Below, piece by piece: positions 17,938-27,703 of a stretch of 32,209 nt of DNA. The translations under genes and the position numbers were made by a program. Within the stretch, counting starts at the first letter, position 1, and each line of letters opens with the position of its first letter. This DNA comes from a virus (lineage: Duplodnaviria; Heunggongvirae; Uroviricota; Caudoviricetes): the IMG/VR virus record IMGVR_UViG_2802429251_000009; one strand, written 5' to 3'. The notes below the pieces were generated by a model that saw nothing but the letters and a program-made list of their open reading frames with translations, did no database searches and was not told the DNA's origin.

Positions 17938-19080
17938 ATGACCTGGCCGAATGTCAACGTCAGTCAGAAAAACCGCTTCAACGGCACAACGAACGACGTC
18001 GAGCGCGTCATCCTCTTTGTGGGTTACGGCGACACTAACATCGGGAAAACCCAGTCGCTGAATACCGACAGCGATCTGGATAAAGCCCTGGGCGACAAAG
18101 ACAGCCCGTTAAAAAATATGGTGGCCGCAGCGGCCAATAACGCCGGTCAGAACTGGTTTGCTTACGTGCATGTGCTGGCAGAGCCAGACAAGGAAGCCGA
18201 GGGCTATAAACCAGACGAAGACTGGATGAACGCGGTCAAGATGGCCCAGAGCGTGGCATCCGTGGAAGGGGTTTTCCTGGTATTTGATACCGACGAAGTG
18301 GCAACCATCAACCGCGCAATGGAAATGCGTATCACCTTGCAGGCTAATTATGGGCGATTTATCTGGTTTGGCCTTGCGATAGGCGGGCCAAAACAGGGCG
18401 AAGCATGGGCCGATTATGTGACGCGCCTGGCACAACTCCAGGACGGTATTGCGTCACCGGGTGTGCAACTGGTCCCGCGTCTGTGGGGCAATGAACCCGG
18501 CGTCCTGGCCGGTCGCTTGTGTAACCGTTCGGTGACGGTGGCAGACAGCCCCGCCCGCGTTGCAACTGGCGCAGTCACCGCGCTGGGGCGTGACACACTG
18601 CCGGTTGACGGGACGGGAGCCGAAATTGATCTGTCCGTGTTGCAGTCCCTGCAGGCGAACCGCTACAGCGTGCCGATGTGGTATCACGACTATGACGGCA
18701 TCTACTGGGCTGACGGTCGCACCCTGGACGTTGAAGGCGGCGATTATCAGGTCATTGAAAACGTGCGCGTGGTTGATAAAGCATCCCGCCGCGTCCGTCT
18801 GCGTGCTATCCCCAAAATTGCCGATCGTTCGCTGAACAGCACACCGGGCAGCATTGCCGCGCATGAAACCTATTTCGGCAAGCCGCTGCGTGAAATGGCG
18901 ATTTCAACCCAGATCAATGGCGTCGAATTTCCGGGCGAAGTGAAGCCACCAAAGGACGGTGACATCACCATCACCTGGACCAGTAGCGAAGCGGTACAGA
19001 TTTACCTTGTGGTTCGACCGTATGAGAGCGCGAAAGAAATCAGCGTCAGCATCGAACTGGACACCTCACTGGAGAGCTAA
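17938..19080 (+). CDS. Putative tail sheath protein
   Basis: 380 aa; immediately upstream of a ~150-aa tube-like gene, a frameshifted chaperone and the tape measure gene. Does not resemble P2 FI by eye, so the call rests on module context. Confidence 0.5.
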   Translation: MTWPNVNVSQKNRFNGTTNDVERVILFVGYGDTNIGKTQSLNTDSDLDKALGDKDSPLKNMVAAAANNAGQNWFAYVHVLAEPDKEAEGYKPDEDWMNAVKMAQSVASVEGVFLVFDTDEVATINRAMEMRITLQANYGRFIWFGLAIGGPKQGEAWADYVTRLAQLQDGIASPGVQLVPRLWGNEPGVLAGRLCNRSVTVADSPARVATGAVTALGRDTLPVDGTGAEIDLSVLQSLQANRYSVPMWYHDYDGIYWADGRTLDVEGGDYQVIENVRVVDKASRRVRLRAIPKIADRSLNSTPGSIAAHETYFGKPLREMAISTQINGVEFPGEVKPPKDGDITITWTSSEAVQIYLVVRPYESAKEISVSIELDTSLES

Positions 19081-19083
19081 TCA

Positions 19084-19539
19084 ATGACTGAACGTATTAG
19101 CGGCGGATCGTTCGATGTGAACTACGACAGCATCATGATTCACGTCGAAAACGCCACCGTCACCATTACGGACAACAGCGCCGTTGCGCAGTCGCGTGGC
19201 ATCCCGAACGGCCACACGAAAGGGTCAGTTTCGGCGGATGTGGAAGTCGAAGTCGATTCCCAGAACTTTAAAAAGTTTACCGCCGTTGCCCGTGCCGCAG
19301 GTTCCTGGCGAGCCATTCCGGCAAAGGACTTTTTGTTCTACGCCAACGCCGGGGACGACGAAGAAAAAATCGAGGTGTTTGGCTGCGTTCCGACGCTGTC
19401 CGACATCGTCAACATCAACCCCAACGAGGCCAGCAAAACCACGAAGAAAATTAAATTCATGGTGACAAGCCCGGACTTTGTCGCGATTGACGGCGTTCCG
19501 TACCTGTCAGCCCGTGACACTCGCGATCTGAAAGGCTGA
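19084..19539 (+). CDS. Putative tail tube protein
   Basis: 151 aa; position after the sheath candidate. Confidence 0.5.
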   Translation: MTERISGGSFDVNYDSIMIHVENATVTITDNSAVAQSRGIPNGHTKGSVSADVEVEVDSQNFKKFTAVARAAGSWRAIPAKDFLFYANAGDDEEKIEVFGCVPTLSDIVNINPNEASKTTKKIKFMVTSPDFVAIDGVPYLSARDTRDLKG

Positions 19540-19543
19540 CACG

Positions 19544-19855
19544 ATGATGAACGGAGAAACGTCACTGCTTGAAAAGCTGTTGCTTATCGGGGCCGTGATC
19601 GGCCTGGGGCAACTGATGGTCAGCAATGAGCGAATCACAACCCGTCTGCTGGTCGGGCGGATGATTCTGGGATCTGCGGTCGCACCACTGGCCGCAATCC
19701 CGCTGCTGAAATTCCCCGATATGCCGGAACTGGTCGTCATTGGGCTGGCCTGCGCCCTAGGCATTCTGGGAAGTGCGTTTATTGAGGCCGGGTTAAAGCG
19801 CTGCCTGGATATGTATATCAAGCGATGGGGGAGCAAGCGCAATGAAACTGAGTGA
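19544..19855 (+). CDS. Putative holin (three predicted transmembrane segments, charged C-terminus)
   Basis: Hydrophobic stretches LLLIGAVIGLGQLMV, ILGSAVAPLAAIPLL and LVVIGLACALGILGSAFI; directly upstream of the endolysin gene. Confidence 0.5.
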   Translation: MMNGETSLLEKLLLIGAVIGLGQLMVSNERITTRLLVGRMILGSAVAPLAAIPLLKFPDMPELVVIGLACALGILGSAFIEAGLKRCLDMYIKRWGSKRNETE

Positions 19856-20180
19856 AAAACAGCAACTTTTCACGGTGATGATCGCCAACCTGATTCATTT
19901 TGCCGAAGAAAAGGGCTATCGCCTGACGTTTGGCGAAGCGTACCGCACGCCGGAACAGGCCGCGCTTAACGCAAAAAAAGGGAGTGGCATTGCTAACAGC
20001 CTGCATACCCAGCGCCTCGCGGTGGATTTTAACCTGTTTATTAACGGCGAATACCAGACCGACAGCGCCGCATACCGCCCCCTGGGCGAATACTGGGAAT
20101 CTATCGGCGGATCGTGGGGTGGACGTTTCAGTAAGCCGGACGGCAACCATTTCAGTCTTGAGCATAACGGGGTTCGCTGA
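19842..20180 (+). CDS. Endolysin, M15-family zinc peptidase (L-alanyl-D-glutamate peptidase type)
   Basis: Zinc-ligand pattern H-x6-D (HTQRLAVD) and D-x-x-H (DGNH) as in M15 endolysins; 112 aa. Confidence 0.7.
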   Translation: MKLSEKQQLFTVMIANLIHFAEEKGYRLTFGEAYRTPEQAALNAKKGSGIANSLHTQRLAVDFNLFINGEYQTDSAAYRPLGEYWESIGGSWGGRFSKPDGNHFSLEHNGVR

Positions 20181-20563
20181 TGCGCAATTTGCTGGGTCTT
20201 TTGCTGATTCTGGTCGCTGCGATGTCAGCGGGCTGGCAGGCGCATGACTGGCACGACGCAAAGCTGAAACTCGCTGCCAGTGAAGCGGCAGAACAAACGC
20301 GCCAGATTGTTGTTGAGGTGACGCAGCAGTCTGGTGAAGCGCTGGAAGCAAAACTCGCGGAGCTGAGGGCCAATGAAATTCACACGGAACGGGTTATCCG
20401 CACGGAAACCATTAAGCCGGTTTTTAGCAACGTTTGCGCTTCTGATGATTACGTCCGGTTGTTCAACGAAAGTGCAGATCAAGCCGAACGAAAATTATCA
20501 GGAAAACCAGCTGACACTTTGCCCGGTCACGCTGCCACGTCTGGCCGGACCGACCGGAAATGA
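20180..20563 (+). CDS. i-spanin (Rz-like)
   Basis: N-terminal transmembrane segment LLGLLLILVAAMSAGW followed by a charged, likely coiled-coil periplasmic region; start overlaps the endolysin stop. Confidence 0.55.
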   Translation: MRNLLGLLLILVAAMSAGWQAHDWHDAKLKLAASEAAEQTRQIVVEVTQQSGEALEAKLAELRANEIHTERVIRTETIKPVFSNVCASDDYVRLFNESADQAERKLSGKPADTLPGHAATSGRTDRK

Positions 20564-20669
20564 CTTTGACGCGGCGCTGAAAGCCTACCGGCTGATGTAT
20601 ACCGACTGCGCCGCCCGACATAACGCCCTGGTGGGCATCATTCGACAACGTAAGGAATTAGCACAATGA
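20373..20669 (+). CDS. o-spanin (Rz1-like lipoprotein) in an alternative frame overlapping the i-spanin gene
   Basis: Signal peptide with lipobox-like TSGC; GAGGG SD 4 nt upstream; starts inside the i-spanin gene and extends beyond it. Confidence 0.45.
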   Translation: MKFTRNGLSARKPLSRFLATFALLMITSGCSTKVQIKPNENYQENQLTLCPVTLPRLAGPTGNDFDAALKAYRLMYTDCAARHNALVGIIRQRKELAQ

Positions 20670-20935
20670 GCAAATCGAAAAAAATCGCCATGACCGTGGC
20701 GGGCGTAAATCTGAGCTTTGAGCCGAATAAAACCGCGTTTAACAACCTGCTTAACGAAATGACCATGACCAATAAGGTTGCCCCTATGGTGACGTATCTG
20801 GGCCGCATTGTTGATGCCGAGTGTAAAGAGGCGCTTAACAAGCTGATGGAAGATTATCCGGGTTGCGAAATGCAGATCGTCGAGAAAGTTAACGAGATTT
20901 ACTCCCCCAAACTTGAGATCGAAGTAAAAAACTGA
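20666..20935 (+). CDS. Tail assembly chaperone, zero-frame product (P2 gpE / lambda G analogue)
   Basis: 89 aa ORF directly upstream of the tape measure gene; ends just after a slippery heptamer. Confidence 0.6.
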   Translation: MSKSKKIAMTVAGVNLSFEPNKTAFNNLLNEMTMTNKVAPMVTYLGRIVDAECKEALNKLMEDYPGCEMQIVEKVNEIYSPKLEIEVKN

Positions 20936-21123
20936 CGGCGCGGGTAGCGGCCATTCGCACAAATGCGCTTGAGCAATACCTTGCCCTGCGCCGCTACTAC
21001 CTCCCGCACGAAGCCGACGACGAAGAAAGCATCGCCCGCGCCCTGTGGCTGGATGAATATTTCGCCCAGACCCGCGCCAGTAAGACGGCGGAAGGGATAG
21101 CAATCGCATTTAACGGAAACTGA
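20666..21123 (+). CDS. Tail assembly chaperone, -1 frameshift-extended product (gpE+E' / lambda GT analogue)
   Basis: From the slip site the -1 frame is open for 63 codons (20932-21120) and stops at 21121-21123, one nucleotide before the tape measure ATG; I translated this by hand and found no internal stop. Confidence 0.5.
20926..20932 (+). promoter_or_regulatory. Programmed -1 ribosomal frameshift slippery heptamer A_AAA_AAC
   Basis: X_XXY_YYZ heptamer in the correct register, 1 codon before the zero-frame stop (TGA 20933-20935). Confidence 0.55.
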
Positions 21124-21124
21124 T

Positions 21125-23233
21125 ATGAGCCACCTGGATTTTACCCTGAGCCTGATCGATAAGCTGACGCGGCCATTAAAGACGGCCCAGTCTTCGCTGT
21201 CCGGCTTTGCCGAAAAATCGCAGGCGTCTTTTACAAAAATCGGGATCGGTGCGGCGGCTGTCTGGGGCGTGGCACAGTCCATCGCGGGCGTGGTGGGGCC
21301 GGCGTATGAGATGAACGCCGCACTTGCAGAAGTAGGTTCCAAAGGCGTGGCAGAGGACGCGTTGAAGCGTCTGTCCGGCGAAGCCATGCGATTCAGTATG
21401 CGCTACGGCAAAGGGGCCGTTGATGTGGTCCGGTCAAGCTACGCGATGAAAGGCGCAATGGCGGGTCTGTCCGATCTGGACCTGCCCCGCGTCACCATCG
21501 CGGCCAATACCCTGGCGGCAGGCGTCAAGGCCAGCGGCGAAGAGGCAGGAGAATACATCGGCGCGATGGCGTCACGCTTCAACGCGGAGTTGTCCAGTCT
21601 GGGCCATGTGCGTTTTGCCGAAGAGCTGGCAGGGAAAACGGCGTACATGGTGCAAAACTTCGGCGTGAAAATGCAGACCATGCAGGAGCTTATCGAGGGG
21701 ACGAAAAGCGCCGGTGCTGACTTTGGCGTTAGCCTGGATGAACAGTTCGCCGTCCTGGGTACGCTTTCGCGCACGCTGGGTACTGAGGCCAGCGGGATCT
21801 ACGAGCAGTTTTTACGCAGCGCCCCGGCTGCCGCTGAAAAGCTGGGTATGAGCTTTGTCGATGCCACCGGAAAAATGCTGCCGATGGGCGACATTCTGCA
21901 AAAACTCCAGAACAAATACGGGCAGAGCATTGAAGGGAACGTCAAGGCACAACAGGCGCTGGATTCCGCGTTCGGTGGTGGTGCTGACGTTATCAAAAAG
22001 CTGTACGGTCAGCAGGATAAATTAAATCGCAGCATCACCGAGCTGGGCCGAAATGACGGGATGAAACGCGCCCAGGAAATGGCCGAACGAATGGCTGAGC
22101 CGTGGAAACGTATCAAAGCGACATTCTTTGCCATTCGCGTGGCGATTGGTAACACGCTGATCCCTATTCTGTCGCCGCTGATGAACCGTATTGCCGACGT
22201 GGGGGCAAAATTTGCCCGCTGGCTGGATATGTTCCCGAATATTGCCCGCTGGCTGGGTTACATCACCCTGGGCGTGTTGTCCTTCGGGCTGGCCGGGGCG
22301 GCGGTCAATATCGTGATGGGGGTCTTTGGCTTCACCATGACAGGGCTGGCCGCAATTGCAAAAGTGCTGGGCGGGGCATGGAAACTCCTGTTATGGACGC
22401 TCAACCTGTTGCGTCCGTCCCTGCTGACGACGCGCATCGGTCTGGCTGCATTGTGGATCCAGTCAAAATTACTGGCGCTGTGGACGGGCGTCTGCCGCAT
22501 CGCGCTTGCTGCATGGAATATCGCGTTAAAGGCCGGAGCCATTGCCATGCGGGTTTACGGTGCGGCGACCATGTTTGCCGGGGCGGCAATGCAACTCCTG
22601 ATGAGTCCGATCACCCTGATCGTTGCCGGGCTGGCACTTCTGGCCGTGGGGGTCTGGTACGTCATCACCCACTGGGAAGAACTGGCAGCAGCAATCATGG
22701 ATACGTCGGCTTTTGCCTGGGTGATGTCGGTCGCTGAACAGGTAGGCCAGGTGTTTGCGCAGGTCTGGCAGTCCATCACAGACGGCTGGGCCGTGGTGGT
22801 TGATTTCTTTGCCGGTCTTTCCCCGCTTGCCACCTTTGAAGGGTTCGCACAAACCATCGGCGGGGTATTCAGCAAACTTTTTGACGTCCTCAAAAATACC
22901 TTTGCGTCTACCTATAACTGGATTGTTGAGAAGTTAAACAAGATCCCCGGCGTAAACATCGACCTAAAAACCGTTTCGCCACCGGCTGCCGTTCCGGCAA
23001 ATGCGGTCATTCCTGACAGTGCTGCAGGTTCATCGAAGCTGAACAGCCCGTCCGTGCTGACGGGGAACCGAATTAATGCAGGCATCCCACGCGGCGGCCT
23101 GATGAGTCAGGTTAAAAGCGACAGCAAAACCGCTGTTGATAACCGTAAAACGTGGGGCGATACCTACATCAACGCCCCCAATGGAATCACCCCGGCCCAG
23201 CTGGCTGAATGGCAGGAGCTTAACGCAGGATGA
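21125..23233 (+). CDS. Tail tape measure protein
   Basis: 702 aa; Ala/Gly-rich with long hydrophobic segments; position directly after the frameshifted chaperone. Confidence 0.85.
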   Translation: MSHLDFTLSLIDKLTRPLKTAQSSLSGFAEKSQASFTKIGIGAAAVWGVAQSIAGVVGPAYEMNAALAEVGSKGVAEDALKRLSGEAMRFSMRYGKGAVDVVRSSYAMKGAMAGLSDLDLPRVTIAANTLAAGVKASGEEAGEYIGAMASRFNAELSSLGHVRFAEELAGKTAYMVQNFGVKMQTMQELIEGTKSAGADFGVSLDEQFAVLGTLSRTLGTEASGIYEQFLRSAPAAAEKLGMSFVDATGKMLPMGDILQKLQNKYGQSIEGNVKAQQALDSAFGGGADVIKKLYGQQDKLNRSITELGRNDGMKRAQEMAERMAEPWKRIKATFFAIRVAIGNTLIPILSPLMNRIADVGAKFARWLDMFPNIARWLGYITLGVLSFGLAGAAVNIVMGVFGFTMTGLAAIAKVLGGAWKLLLWTLNLLRPSLLTTRIGLAALWIQSKLLALWTGVCRIALAAWNIALKAGAIAMRVYGAATMFAGAAMQLLMSPITLIVAGLALLAVGVWYVITHWEELAAAIMDTSAFAWVMSVAEQVGQVFAQVWQSITDGWAVVVDFFAGLSPLATFEGFAQTIGGVFSKLFDVLKNTFASTYNWIVEKLNKIPGVNIDLKTVSPPAAVPANAVIPDSAAGSSKLNSPSVLTGNRINAGIPRGGLMSQVKSDSKTAVDNRKTWGDTYINAPNGITPAQLAEWQELNAG

Positions 23234-23565
23234 GTACCGAACCGTTATACATCGACCTTTTGATCACTGACGGCGATTTCACGCTGGATAGCGGCAACGA
23301 GCCGCGCCGTTGCGATAACCGCGACAGCATCACCCAGGACATTATTCACAGCATTCTGGAAAGCGGTATCACCACCCGCCTGATCGGTGAACGCAGCCCG
23401 ACAATGCGCGGTGACGTGCTGACGCAACTGTCCTTACTGGTGGAAAGCGACGAACGTCTGGTCCCAGGAACCATAGTGATCACCGAAGAAACCCTTTCGA
23501 GGTTGTATATCACGGCGGAAACCTACGATTTCGGCCCTGTCAGTACAGAGGTTAACTATGACTGA
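23230..23565 (+). CDS. Small tail/baseplate protein (possibly gpW/gp25-like)
   Basis: 111 aa; 4-nt overlap with the tape measure stop; precedes the baseplate J gene. Family assignment not verifiable by eye. Confidence 0.4.
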   Translation: MSTEPLYIDLLITDGDFTLDSGNEPRRCDNRDSITQDIIHSILESGITTRLIGERSPTMRGDVLTQLSLLVESDERLVPGTIVITEETLSRLYITAETYDFGPVSTEVNYD

Positions 23566-24742
23566 GAAACCCGACGTTGATTTTGAAAAGGTACTGAATG
23601 ACAGCGGGATGCCTGCGACAGAGGCCGAAATTAAGGCAGCGTTTAAAGCCACCGTGCAGGCGGAAGGGTTCGTCACAAACACGTCGAGGATGTCGCCTTT
23701 CTGGCGGCTGATTTCGAAGATTGTCACCACGCCGGTGTTATGGCTGCGGGCGGCGATGATCGATGTGGTTCTACGCAATATGTTTGTTGCGACGGCCACC
23801 GGTCCCATGCTGCGCCTGCTGGCCTGGGCGGTTCATATCGTGCCTAAACCGGCCAGCGCTGCCGCTGGCGTGCTGCGGTTCTACAAGCTGAACGCGGCGG
23901 ATGTGGTCGTCGTGCCTGCCGGAACACTGGTGCAAACCGAGCGCATTAACGGCGTGGTTTACGTGCTGGCGGTGAATGAAGACGTGACGCTGCCTGCCGG
24001 GGTTGAAAGCGGGCTGGTTACCGTCACGGCGACCGGCACCGGCAGCGGCTATAACCTTGCGCCAGGCTATTACCGGATTTTACCCGTTGCGGTGGCCGGG
24101 ATTGCCAGCGCGGTCAATGAGGACGAATGGCTGATTTCGCCGGGAGCCAACGAGGAAAGCGACGACGAGCTGCGCGACCGTACCCGCAACCAGTTTAATC
24201 TGGTGGGGAATTATCACTCTGACGCTATTTACCGCAGCATGATTGCCAGCGTGCTGGGCCTGAGCGTTGATCGCATTTACTTTTTGCACGATGCCCCACG
24301 GGGACCGGGTACGGCAAATGCTTACCTGTTGCTGGACAGTGGCGAAATATCACAACCCTTTATTGATGCGGTTAACGACTATGTGAATACCCAGGGCCAC
24401 CACGGACACGGTGATGATTTGCAGTGTTATGCCATGCCGGAAACCAGCCACACCCTGGCGGTAACGGTATACGTCAAAAGCGTGGAAAACATGGAAGCGG
24501 AAGACCTGAGCGCGTTAAAAACAGGTATTACCGACCTGATTCGTTGCGCGTTTCGCGAGAACGCCAATTACGACGTTAAGAAGACGCAGCCCTATTCGCG
24601 CTATTCCTTTTCGAATCTGGGCCGCGAGATCCACAAGGCTTTTCCGGTTGTCGATTCACTGCATTTTTCACTGACGGATATTGTCAGCGAACTGTCGGTC
24701 CCGCGCCTGTCAGGGTTAACGGTGGAGATTGAGAATGACTGA
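23558..24742 (+). CDS. Baseplate J-like protein
   Basis: 394 aa; sits immediately upstream of the gpI-like and tail fibre genes as in P2 (J-I-H-G). Confidence 0.6.
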   Translation: MTEKPDVDFEKVLNDSGMPATEAEIKAAFKATVQAEGFVTNTSRMSPFWRLISKIVTTPVLWLRAAMIDVVLRNMFVATATGPMLRLLAWAVHIVPKPASAAAGVLRFYKLNAADVVVVPAGTLVQTERINGVVYVLAVNEDVTLPAGVESGLVTVTATGTGSGYNLAPGYYRILPVAVAGIASAVNEDEWLISPGANEESDDELRDRTRNQFNLVGNYHSDAIYRSMIASVLGLSVDRIYFLHDAPRGPGTANAYLLLDSGEISQPFIDAVNDYVNTQGHHGHGDDLQCYAMPETSHTLAVTVYVKSVENMEAEDLSALKTGITDLIRCAFRENANYDVKKTQPYSRYSFSNLGREIHKAFPVVDSLHFSLTDIVSELSVPRLSGLTVEIEND

Positions 24743-25328
24743 GTTTTCAAAGTTGCTTGCCGGTCTGAAATTGCCGTCGTGGCTGAACAAAGGCGACCCC
24801 GCCAGGCTGCTGCGGGCCTGCGTGAAGTTCTGGTCGCAGGTGTACGGGTGGATCTCCTGGCCGTTAAAGCAGTTTGACCCGCTGGTCTGCCCCGAACCGC
24901 TGTTAAACCTGATTGCCTGGGAACGCGATATCGATCGGTTTAAGGGGGAGCCGCTCGACATCTTCCGCAAACGGGTGAGCTACGCATTTATCAATGCGCA
25001 GCAGGCCGGAGAGGTGGCGGGCTTTATTGCCATTTTTGAGCGACTGGGGATTGGTTATGTTGAATTACTGGAACGGCAGGACGGACTCGACTGGGATGTG
25101 ATTGTCGTTCGGGTGACAAATAGTCAGATTGCGGAAAATGGCGATCTCCTGCTGGAAATTATCCGTAAATATGGGCGTACATGCCGCCGTTACCAGTTTG
25201 AAGTGATCACATCCCTGCCACTGAATATCAATATTGGCTGGTATCAGGGGGAATATATTTGCTGTTATGCCACCCTGAGTGATGTGAATAACCAGCCCCA
25301 AATAACATACAGCGCAAGTTTGAAGTAG
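24735..25328 (+). CDS. Tail protein I (P2 gpI-like)
   Basis: Start moved from TTG 24729 to ATG 24735 (GGAG SD, 7-nt spacer); segment CPEPLLNLIAWERDIDRF resembles P2 gpI (CPANLLPWLAWAFSVDRW). Confidence 0.7.
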   Translation: MTEFSKLLAGLKLPSWLNKGDPARLLRACVKFWSQVYGWISWPLKQFDPLVCPEPLLNLIAWERDIDRFKGEPLDIFRKRVSYAFINAQQAGEVAGFIAIFERLGIGYVELLERQDGLDWDVIVVRVTNSQIAENGDLLLEIIRKYGRTCRRYQFEVITSLPLNINIGWYQGEYICCYATLSDVNNQPQITYSASLK

Positions 25329-25339
25329 AGGAAAAACCT

Positions 25340-27262
25340 ATGTCACAGGCTGTTATTACAAAAGCATTTACAGAGTGGAAAGCCCAGCAGGCTATTAATA
25401 ATCAGCCCGTCACGCTGGATGAATTTATTTTCGCGTATATTCCGGGGCTGGATGCTGATAAGCCGATTGATAATACCGAGACAGCACCCGCAGCGGATAA
25501 AATTGTTTATCGTCAGGTGGTGAGTAAATCCGGTGTTGTGAATGAAAACTCTGTCGTTTATTCCGTCACGATGGGGGCAGATGTGGGTGATTTTGATTTC
25601 AACTGGATCGGTCTGGCAAATAAAGCCACCGGTACACTGGCGATGATTATTCATGCCCCGACCCAGCGTAAAATCAAAAATGCGAACGGCCAGCAGGGAA
25701 ACGTTCTGGTCCGTGCCATGCTGATGGAATACAGCGGAGCCAGGGAAGCAACGGAAATTACCACCCCGGCAGAGACATGGCAGATTGATTTTACTGCCCG
25801 TCTGGCGGCAATGGATGAACGCCAGCGCCGCGAAAATATCGATCTGTATGGTGCGGCGTCGTTCTTTGATGCGGGTTATCTGGTCGCGAAAACAGGCACC
25901 CAGTATTTTGTCACTAAAGGTACTGGATACCTTGCCGGTCTGCGTTCAGTGTTGGCCGCAAACCAGAATATTACCGTGTCAACAAAGCCGGTTAAGGTCT
26001 GGCTGGATGTGGCGTGGATGGGAACGCTTACGAGCATTTGGGCGGTACAAAGCAAAATCACGGTTGCCGCCGACCTTAAAGATTACGTGCAGAATGGTGA
26101 GCAACATTTCGTGTTTGCCCTTGCGAGTATCGACGCAAACGGCGTCATTACCGATCTTCGTCCAAAAGGTACGCTGAACGAGCAACAGGCCAGTGATGCG
26201 CTGAAAAAACACGAACAATCACGCAACCACCCGGACGCCACCACAACCGCAAAGGGATTCACGCAATTAAGCAGCGCCACGGATAGCGATTCTGAAGAAG
26301 TAGCGGCAACGCCGAAAGCGGTTAAGGCAACCTATGACCTGGCGAAAGGTAAATACACCGCGCAGGACGCTACGACAGCGCAGAAAGGGATTATTCAACT
26401 GAGCAGCGCCACCGACAGCGAGTCGGAAGCCGTCGCCGCGACGCCGAAAGCAGTTAAGGCGGCTAACGATAATGCTAATAGTCGCGTGCCCTCAACACGA
26501 ACGGTTAACGGTCGAGCGCTATCGAGTAATATCGATCTTTTCCCGTCTGATATTTTTCGGTTGGCCGAAGGGATTGGTAATGCAGCAAATCTGAACAACT
26601 ACACCACGCCAGGGCTTTATTACCAGCCCGCGAACGCGCAGGCGCAAACCGGGACGAATTACCCGGAGGCGATCGCGGGTTCTCTTGAAGTCCTTAAGCA
26701 TGCCGGAATCACGCAAATTTATCGCGTGTACAACAATTCCCGCAGTTATGCCCGAACGCTTTATGGTGGCACCTGGTCTGCATGGACAAAAGCCTATGAT
26801 GTGGCGAACAAGCCCACCCCGGCAGAGATTGGCGCTCTTGCGTCAAATGGTAATGCGGTTTCAGCGTCACAATTGCAAACCGCCCGCACCATCAACGGCG
26901 TGGCATTTAACGGTACAGCAAACATCACCATTTCGGCGGGGTCGATTGGGTCGTATACAAAAGCCGAGAGCGACGCACGCTATAACCTGAAGAATACGGC
27001 CAGCCTGGGGCAAAACGGCTGGGAGCGCGACGGAACAACAGGAAGGATCCGTCAGTGGGGTTACACGAACCAGACGTCCGGTTATCAAAATATTACGTTC
27101 CCGATCGCATTCCCGAATGCGTGCCGGAATATTCAGGTCACGCCTTTTACCTCGAATGTGGCCGGGACGCTCGAATGTTCGGTGTCGCAATATTCCAATA
27201 CGACGGCAAGGCTTAACGCAAACCAGGGCTTTCCTTTGTTCTGGCTGGCAACGGGATATTAA
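25340..27262 (+). CDS. Tail fibre protein (P2 gpH-like central region)
   Basis: Contains the duplicated motif HPDATTTAKGFTQLSSATDS.SE.VAATPKAVKA and YDLAKGKYTAQDATTAQKG, which closely matches the P2 H protein. Confidence 0.85.
   Translation: MSQAVITKAFTEWKAQQAINNQPVTLDEFIFAYIPGLDADKPIDNTETAPAADKIVYRQVVSKSGVVNENSVVYSVTMGADVGDFDFNWIGLANKATGTLAMIIHAPTQRKIKNANGQQGNVLVRAMLMEYSGAREATEITTPAETWQIDFTARLAAMDERQRRENIDLYGAASFFDAGYLVAKTGTQYFVTKGTGYLAGLRSVLAANQNITVSTKPVKVWLDVAWMGTLTSIWAVQSKITVAADLKDYVQNGEQHFVFALASIDANGVITDLRPKGTLNEQQASDALKKHEQSRNHPDATTTAKGFTQLSSATDSDSEEVAATPKAVKATYDLAKGKYTAQDATTAQKGIIQLSSATDSESEAVAATPKAVKAANDNANSRVPSTRTVNGRALSSNIDLFPSDIFRLAEGIGNAANLNNYTTPGLYYQPANAQAQTGTNYPEAIAGSLEVLKHAGITQIYRVYNNSRSYARTLYGGTWSAWTKAYDVANKPTPAEIGALASNGNAVSASQLQTARTINGVAFNGTANITISAGSIGSYTKAESDARYNLKNTASLGQNGWERDGTTGRIRQWGYTNQTSGYQNITFPIAFPNACRNIQVTPFTSNVAGTLECSVSQYSNTTARLNANQGFPLFWLATGY
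26251..26470 (+). repeat. Intragenic tandem repeat (two ~90-nt copies) inside the tail fibre gene
   Basis: Two copies encoding KG(F/I).QLSSATDS.SE.VAATPKAVKA read directly; a known feature of P2-type fibres. Confidence 0.6.
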
Positions 27263-27265
27263 AAA

Positions 27266-27703
27266 ATGGATGAGCAATATTATTACAGTGCTTCCATGAA
27301 TGGATTTTTCTTCCTTTCGTTGAAGCCAGATTATGAAAAATCGGAACTGGGCTGGCCTGCTGACGCCTTGTTGATTTCTGAGCGCTGGTATCAGTATCTG
27401 ATTGATAAGAGTTCAGGGCGTATCATCATCCCAAATGAATATGGTCAGCCGGTCCTTTCTGACCCCCTACCGCTTTCTGAAGAAGAATCAATCGTAAGGG
27501 CTGAGACGCAAAAATCTGCCCTGATGGCTGCGGCCAGCAATATCCTGGCACCTTTGCAGGATGCCGTTGATCTGGGTAAAGCGACGGACGCAGAAAAAGC
27601 GCTTTTTACTGCCTGGCGTGAATACAGGGTATCGCTGATGCGCATTGATACCGACTCAGCGACAGATATTGTCTGGCCGGAGCAACCTGCCGATGTGGCG
27701 TGA
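27266..27703 (+). CDS. Tail fibre assembly protein (P2 gpG / Tfa-like)
   Basis: 145 aa; directly follows the fibre gene; C-terminal region with W..YR..L.RID...A.D..WP.QP pattern typical of Tfa proteins. Confidence 0.7.
   Translation: MDEQYYYSASMNGFFFLSLKPDYEKSELGWPADALLISERWYQYLIDKSSGRIIIPNEYGQPVLSDPLPLSEEESIVRAETQKSALMAAASNILAPLQDAVDLGKATDAEKALFTAWREYRVSLMRIDTDSATDIVWPEQPADVA

Noticed and set aside
20899-21387. 162-aa minus-strand ORF across the chaperone/tape measure junction
   Set aside because: Antisense to the frameshift extension and the tape measure start; no independent support.
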